This document shows positions 58,284 through 64,000 of a DNA stretch of 64,000 nucleotides, piece after piece (position 1 is the first letter of the stretch; each line of letters opens with the position of its first letter). A program made the position numbers and the translations under genes. The notes beneath the pieces are model-generated. The model was not told the origin of the DNA and searched no databases. It saw only the letters and a list, made by a program, of their open reading frames with translations. The stretch is taken from assembly GCA_051294375.1 (NCBI GenBank), contig CM119265.1:10619042-10683041 (forward strand), written 5' to 3'. The DNA comes from Paraspadella gotoi (Eukaryota > Animalia > Chaetognatha).

Positions 58284-60190
58284 AATGGGGAAACAAAATT
58301 CGAAGCTTCAAGCCGAGTGTTGCAGGATTTGGAAGGACAACACAGAAATTCACTGAAACGGAGATTCAAGATGTACAAGGAGATATCTTGAAGGACTGCC
58401 CCTCCGGAAACCTCACGTCGAAGAGTTCCCAAGAAAGATCTACGGCAATTTTCCCCTACGGAGACCTTCTAAATTCGCCGACATGTCATCAGGTAGGGTT
58501 GGTTGTTGAGCCAGGGGTTGGAGAAGGGGGGAGAAAAAGGCGGGGAGGGAGGGGCACGAAGAGGAAGAGAGGAAGAAAAGTGATGAGAAGAAAAAGAGAA
58601 GAAAAGGAGGAAAAGAAAGATTTGAACGAGAGAAGAAAAAAGAAAAGACAGAAAGATTACGAGAAGAGACAGAAAAAAGGAGTAAAAGAAGGGCGGATAA
58701 GAACGGAGAAAAAAGAGATTAAAGAAGAAGAAAAAAGCAAAAGAGAAGAAGAAAGAAAAGGAAAAAAAGAAAAAAACGAGCGAGTAAAACCATAAGGGAA
58801 AAAATGAAAGGAGAAGAAAAAATGGAGCGAGGAAACAGCAAAAGTAAAAAAGATTCAAAACCGGAAACCGCGAAACGCCACAGGACGCTTCCCTCTCCTA
58901 AACTACTATACCGTCATTAGTCAACAAGGACTCCAGAGGCAAGACCGAAGTTTTCTTAGAGAGCAGGACGCTTCTTTCGATGTGAGATGAGAGTTGGAGC
59001 TTGTAGACGTTATTGCAAGAAGCGGGAGAGGAAGAGAGAGAGAAGAAATGAGAGCGTTGTCGCCAAAAACAGATCAACAGGACACCCGGAGTTTGTTTTT
59101 TAAAAATTATTTAGCTTTTCTTGATCTGATCTCTGTTTGTTGCGAGGAGTAAAAACCCCGGCCGAGTCAAAAGAGCAAAATCATTTTTTTTTAAAAATTA
59201 GGCGCAGAAATTCCTTTTTTGTCCGCTTTTTATTTTTCATTCGGTGAAATTTAATGTTTTCCCGTGAACATATCTCTGCCTCCCCCCCCCCAATTTTAGC
59301 AACAAAAAAGGAAAACCGATAAATTATTTCCCAAAACTCGGTTGGGCTTCGATTTTATGAATTAAGATAACGAGTTTTTTTTCTCCGAAGCCACGCCCAT
59401 TATCACGCGACAGGAAGACGTGGCGATGAAAGATTGAAATCCAAAATTCGTCTTTATATTGGAAAGCAGAGATCGATCACAGTAACGCGATGAGAAAATT
59501 GGGGATCGAATACATTTTAAGTTTTTCATTTTGCGTCGAGTTTTGGCGGGAAAAAAAATCATGATTACTAAGTTTATTTTTTTTTCGGACGCCATTTTAA
59601 AATTTTTACTTCGATATTAGTGAAAATCGTTTTCCTCTGACGGCGGCGATTGAAACCAACAAGCTTTTTAAAATACTTGAAATATTTAAAAAAACCATAA
59701 CATACATGTATGAATACAAAGAATCGAGACAAAAGTTGTGAATAGACCTTGAAACCTTTCACAATTCCTATCACACATTGTTTTCCAATCGAGAGAGAAG
59801 ATGAAGAGAGGAGAGAGACGAGAGAGAGAGAGAGGAGATGAGAGAGAGAGGAGAGAGAGAGAAAAGAGAGGAAGAGCGAACGCGAGTAGTGTTGCCCTAT
59901 CGTTTCCCCATCCATCTTTCGAGCCGTTGTTGCCCTTCGCCTCTAGTTCCCTCTCCAAACGTTCACTCATTTCCCTCGATTTCCTTCACTCCCCCAACCC
60001 CCCTTCCCCACCACCACCACGCCATCCACGCCTCTCCGCAACGTTCGACCAAAAACGCGCGACGGAACGATAGACTTTCGGCGAACATTTCTCTGCGCGC
60101 TAGGCGGTCACCTCGAGAGGAAACTCGAACAGAAGTTGAAGTGGGCTTTCAGCATGTTACGACTCGACGGAACGCTACATCTCCAGACAG
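58284..60190 (+). pseudogene. Frameshifted second copy of neurocalcin exons 1-2 (likely sequencing error rather than a true pseudogene)
   Basis: ATGGGGAAACAAAATTCGAAGCTT at 58284 and an exon 2 copy at about 60040-60190, both with many indels. Confidence 0.55.
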
Positions 60191-62999
60191 GTGAGGGCTG
60201 CGCCTGCTGGGCTGGGAAGGTGTGCGGTGGTGGTGGGTAGGGTTTAGTTTTATCAAAAATTGACGAGGAAGAATATTGAAGGTGCAACGCTTGCGAGAGG
60301 TCAAGGCTCGAGCTGATTTTACTGTCCATAGGCACTATTTCTGTTAGGTTAAAAGCGCAAACGACGTAGTTTTTTATTCTCTCCTCTATGTGTGTCTCTC
60401 CTCTCTCTCTCTCTCTCTCTTCTCTCCTCTCTCTCTCGTCTCTCCTCCTCTCTCTCTCTTCTCTCTTGTGTGAGAATAGTTCGAAAAAGTAGGGTTTTTC
60501 CAGTGACCGAACTTGAAAAAAATGACTACGGTTTCTAGACGGCGACTTTAAAGTAACGACTTCAATACGACTCTCCTTGAAATCGAAACGTTTTTATTGT
60601 CTCTATTTTTACTTTCCTTTAAAATACCAATATTTTTTGTTTTGTGTTTTTTTTCATTCCTTTTTTCATTCAAATTATTATTAAAAAACTATTTTTATCC
60701 CCGCAGATAATAACAACATAATAAATTTATAAGAGATGCAAGTAATAACTACGCTCGTCGCGATTGAAGAAGAGTATGAAGAAAAGTGGGGATATCCCCT
60801 GGACCGTTTTACTCGGGAGACATAAAAAAGACGAATTATCCCTTTAGGTGAGAAAACGAGAGGCGACAAAACAGCCTCATGGCGTAATCAGTAAAGTTAA
60901 GAAAATGTTTTTTTCTAAAGTCAACGTCTCAAATCGAAAGGACTTTACGTTATCTAAGGCAGCAACCGAATGAAACGAATATATCCTCTCACCGAAACGG
61001 TCGCCATTTTGATAACAGTTTGAAGCAAACAATGTCTGATTCGCCACGACAACTTCGGGGTAATAAGCCTAATCCGATGATAAATCACGGTAATTTGTAG
61101 TCGGGCATTGCCTAGGTTCCCCCGCCTAGAAGCATGACCCTCTCATTGGAACCTCGCCGGTACTAGGACTGGGTTCAATCCCAACCCGGTAACTACCCTG
61201 CAGGAAGCGAGAGGACGGCCGTAAGCCTCTGGGGGCGTGAAAAACCCTCTAAGCCTGGTTCCAAACCCAGGACCACGTTTCCGTGGCTGCTAGCGGGGTT
61301 AAAGAAGTTGCGGATAGCACTCTTCACCTCTTCAGTAGGATGAAGATATTGAATGACTTTTTTTGCTGCTTATGACATGTAATTAATGATTTTAAATCTT
61401 TTTAAAAATTTTTTTTAGGCATATAAATAGGTAAACGTAAATTTATGTGTAATTTCCTTATAATCGTTAAATTTCAAAAATAATTTTTTTTTAAGAACAG
61501 ATTTGGTATTGGCCGTAAAAAACTAAAAAAAATTTATTTAATATGTTATATGATATTTTAATGTTTGGATCACAAAAAATTGATTAAAACGTTTTAGAAC
61601 ATATATAAGTTTTTACTACAGAGAATAAAAAAGTCATATAATTTTCACCTTTTTTTTTTCGTTTTAAACGCTTGAAGATGACGAATTTTTAGATAATAAT
61701 ATATATATAAGAAATATTATTACAAATATATTATATTTTAACTTTATTTCTGTTCCGAGATCCAAATGAACAAAAATATTTTTGTAACTAGTTAATACAT
61801 ACTGATCCTCACATCCGTTGTTTCGAGATGATTCAAATAAAATTTTTGCTCGACGTATAGCTGCTCCACTCAGAGAGACATAGACGACCTGTATCGCTGT
61901 CTATAATCATATCTCTACACTGCAAACAACTGTGTCTTTTGGTTTTTCTTTTCCACTCCTACAGATTCCTATCAAAATTTACTATCAGCTAAACCACCAC
62001 ATACTTTCTACGCACACACAAAATTTTAATTTAAAATTATTCTATCCAATTTTTAATCAATATAATAATTCATGAGCTATACAAATTACTTCAAGTAAAT
62101 ATGACGTTATTCCATTTAAAACTTATTTCCCAACTCCAACAATTCCATCGAAACTTTATTATCCAGGCTACATCACACACTTCTCTACCCCAGTACCCAC
62201 ACACAAATATTCATTTCCAATCCATCCATCCATCACGAGTAATTGGATCTTTAATGAAAAGGTGGACGGACCTTCAGACAGCACGGAGGCGGGACTGACG
62301 GACAATTATTCATAATTCGATGTTCTGATATTATTTAAGTGAGTGCACGACAAAAATTTAGGGCGGGGACTACGGGACCCGACAAAGGTAGCTTGATAAG
62401 AACGATCCTGAGACTAACAAAAAAACCAAACTCCCCTCCCCCCCCTCTCTCCGTAATTTCGTCGTCACGAAGCCAATTTCACCGATGTCGTCGACGTTGC
62501 CAAGGAAGGACAAGAACCTTAGTCACGCAGCTGGATACCGCCTCCGCCGCCGCCGCCGCCGCCGTGGCTGTGGCGAAATCCAATTCTCGGTTCTTTTAAC
62601 CATTAAGCCAGTGGGCGCTCTCTCTCTCTCACACTACTAAAGCGAGCGTCGGAGGCAAAACGACGCCGCGAATAATGAAAGCAAAGATTTAAGACGCGAA
62701 CGACATGGAAATCAAATTCCTTTCCTTCCTAACCCCTCACACCGCCCCCCTCTACCCGCATCGTCGGCGAATGAGGCGGGGCTGCAGCTAGACTTTTATT
62801 TGTTTAGTTTTGATATCTGATTTGTCATCTACCTGATATCGTTACATGTCAGTTATGAATGTTATTAATCAGTTAGCGGACCAAGCATTGCCGAGCTTCA
62901 TTAGGAGGCCCATTATTTTAAAACACAGAGAAAGAAAAAAAAAGTGGTGCGACTGATGAAAGATGATACTGATGAGGCCGGAGTCAGTAGCGCGGAGAA

Positions 63000-63046
<47 letters not shown>

Positions 63047-63638
63047 GTTTATAATCAGATTCCATTGGCATTGCTTCTTTGATAAATTCAGGGTTTCTTT
63101 ATTATAATATTGATAAAATAATTTTTTTATTACTTTTAAAAAATTTTCTAAAACAAATGGTCATAACAGATTGTGGAGATGGGAAAGACTGAATTGACTG
63201 AATTTATATGTAACTTATTCGATACAGATTTATAAAGCGATGCAAGTCTAAGTGGGACTTCATTTATCTATTTGTCCGAAAGAAAATAAAAGAAGAAGAA
63301 CGCAGACAGAGGGCGCGATTCTGGCGGGAATCCAAGATCATTGGCGACGTCCGTCCCTCGGCCAACTTTTCTCGTTTCCATCGACGTTTATATTGATTTT
63401 ACTTTCGCTTGACGAGGAAATAAAACGGGAAAGAAGAGGCTTCGTCTGAAATGCGCGCGTTGGGTCAAATTGCTCAACGCGATCACCCGTTAGAAAAAGA
63501 ATATTCTTACGCCAAATTTTTACATAATTCTTTTTCAAAATAGTTAAATCTTTAAATCCTCCCCCGTAATTATTTTCGCAGATTTTTTTATCTTCCGACG
63601 CTAACGGATTTCCCCCCTTTGCTTTTATAACTCCTCAG

Positions 63639-63742
63639 GAAATGTTCGAAATCGTGTCGGCAATATACAAGATGGTGGGCAGCGTGATGAAGATGCCAGA
63701 GGACGAAGCCACGCCGGAGAAAAGGACGGAGAAAATTTTCAA
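63639..63742 (+). CDS. NCALD: Neurocalcin exon 3, intact version
   Basis: CAG|...|GTGAG boundaries enclose [34 protein letters not shown], in phase with the exon ending at 47860. Confidence 0.85.
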
Positions 63743-64000
63743 GTGAGAAACGACGACGACGACGACGACAACGGTTTTATCTTATCAACTCGATATTCTT
63801 TTTTCCACCCCCCCCTTCCCAAGTTTTTTTTCTCCTTTTTTTTTCAACGCTACCCAGGCTGTCGTCTGCTTTTCATTTTCCTCCCTTTTTAACCGCAAAT
63901 GCAACCTCCATCTGTCAAGCGTCGTTGTCAATCCATTCTCCCTTTTCGCTCCTTTTTTCTTTTTTCTTAATCCGATCCTTATTCTCTCCTTTTCATGCTC

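Larger units (their letters stand above)
53706..64000 (+). other. Indel-rich duplicate of 41846-52240, probable assembly artefact
   Basis: Collinear with the first copy, differing mainly by frequent 1-2 nt indels, and directly following a run of 25 N at 53681-53705. Confidence 0.85.

Noticed and set aside
58284-63742. Genuine neurocalcin paralog or pseudogene
   Set aside because: Indel-dominated differences, the reciprocal intact/broken exon pattern and the 25-N junction favour an assembly artefact.

Overview
AT-rich eukaryotic genomic DNA, most likely from an invertebrate animal, with spliceosomal introns, abundant (AG)n/(CT)n microsatellites and several N gaps. The first 12 kb holds three compact multi-exon genes that I reconstructed by hand: a gamma-glutamylcyclotransferase-fold gene (minus, runs off the window start), RABL6 (minus, 15 exons) and an SH3BGR-like gene (plus, 3 exons). 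About 12-46 kb is a repeat-rich gene desert with Helentron/DINE-1-type elements, MITEs, minisatellites and a short repeat family carrying minimal type I hammerhead ribozymes. A neurocalcin/hippocalcin gene starts at 46103. The last 10.3 kb is an indel-rich second copy of 41846-52240 after a 25-N gap, most likely a long-read gap-filling artefact. The most interesting signals are the hammerhead-bearing Penelope-like repeat (one intact core at 35975-36018), a probable GA-AG intron in RABL6, and a GGCT-fold protein lacking the catalytic glutamate. Most ORFs in the supplied track are translations of low-complexity DNA.
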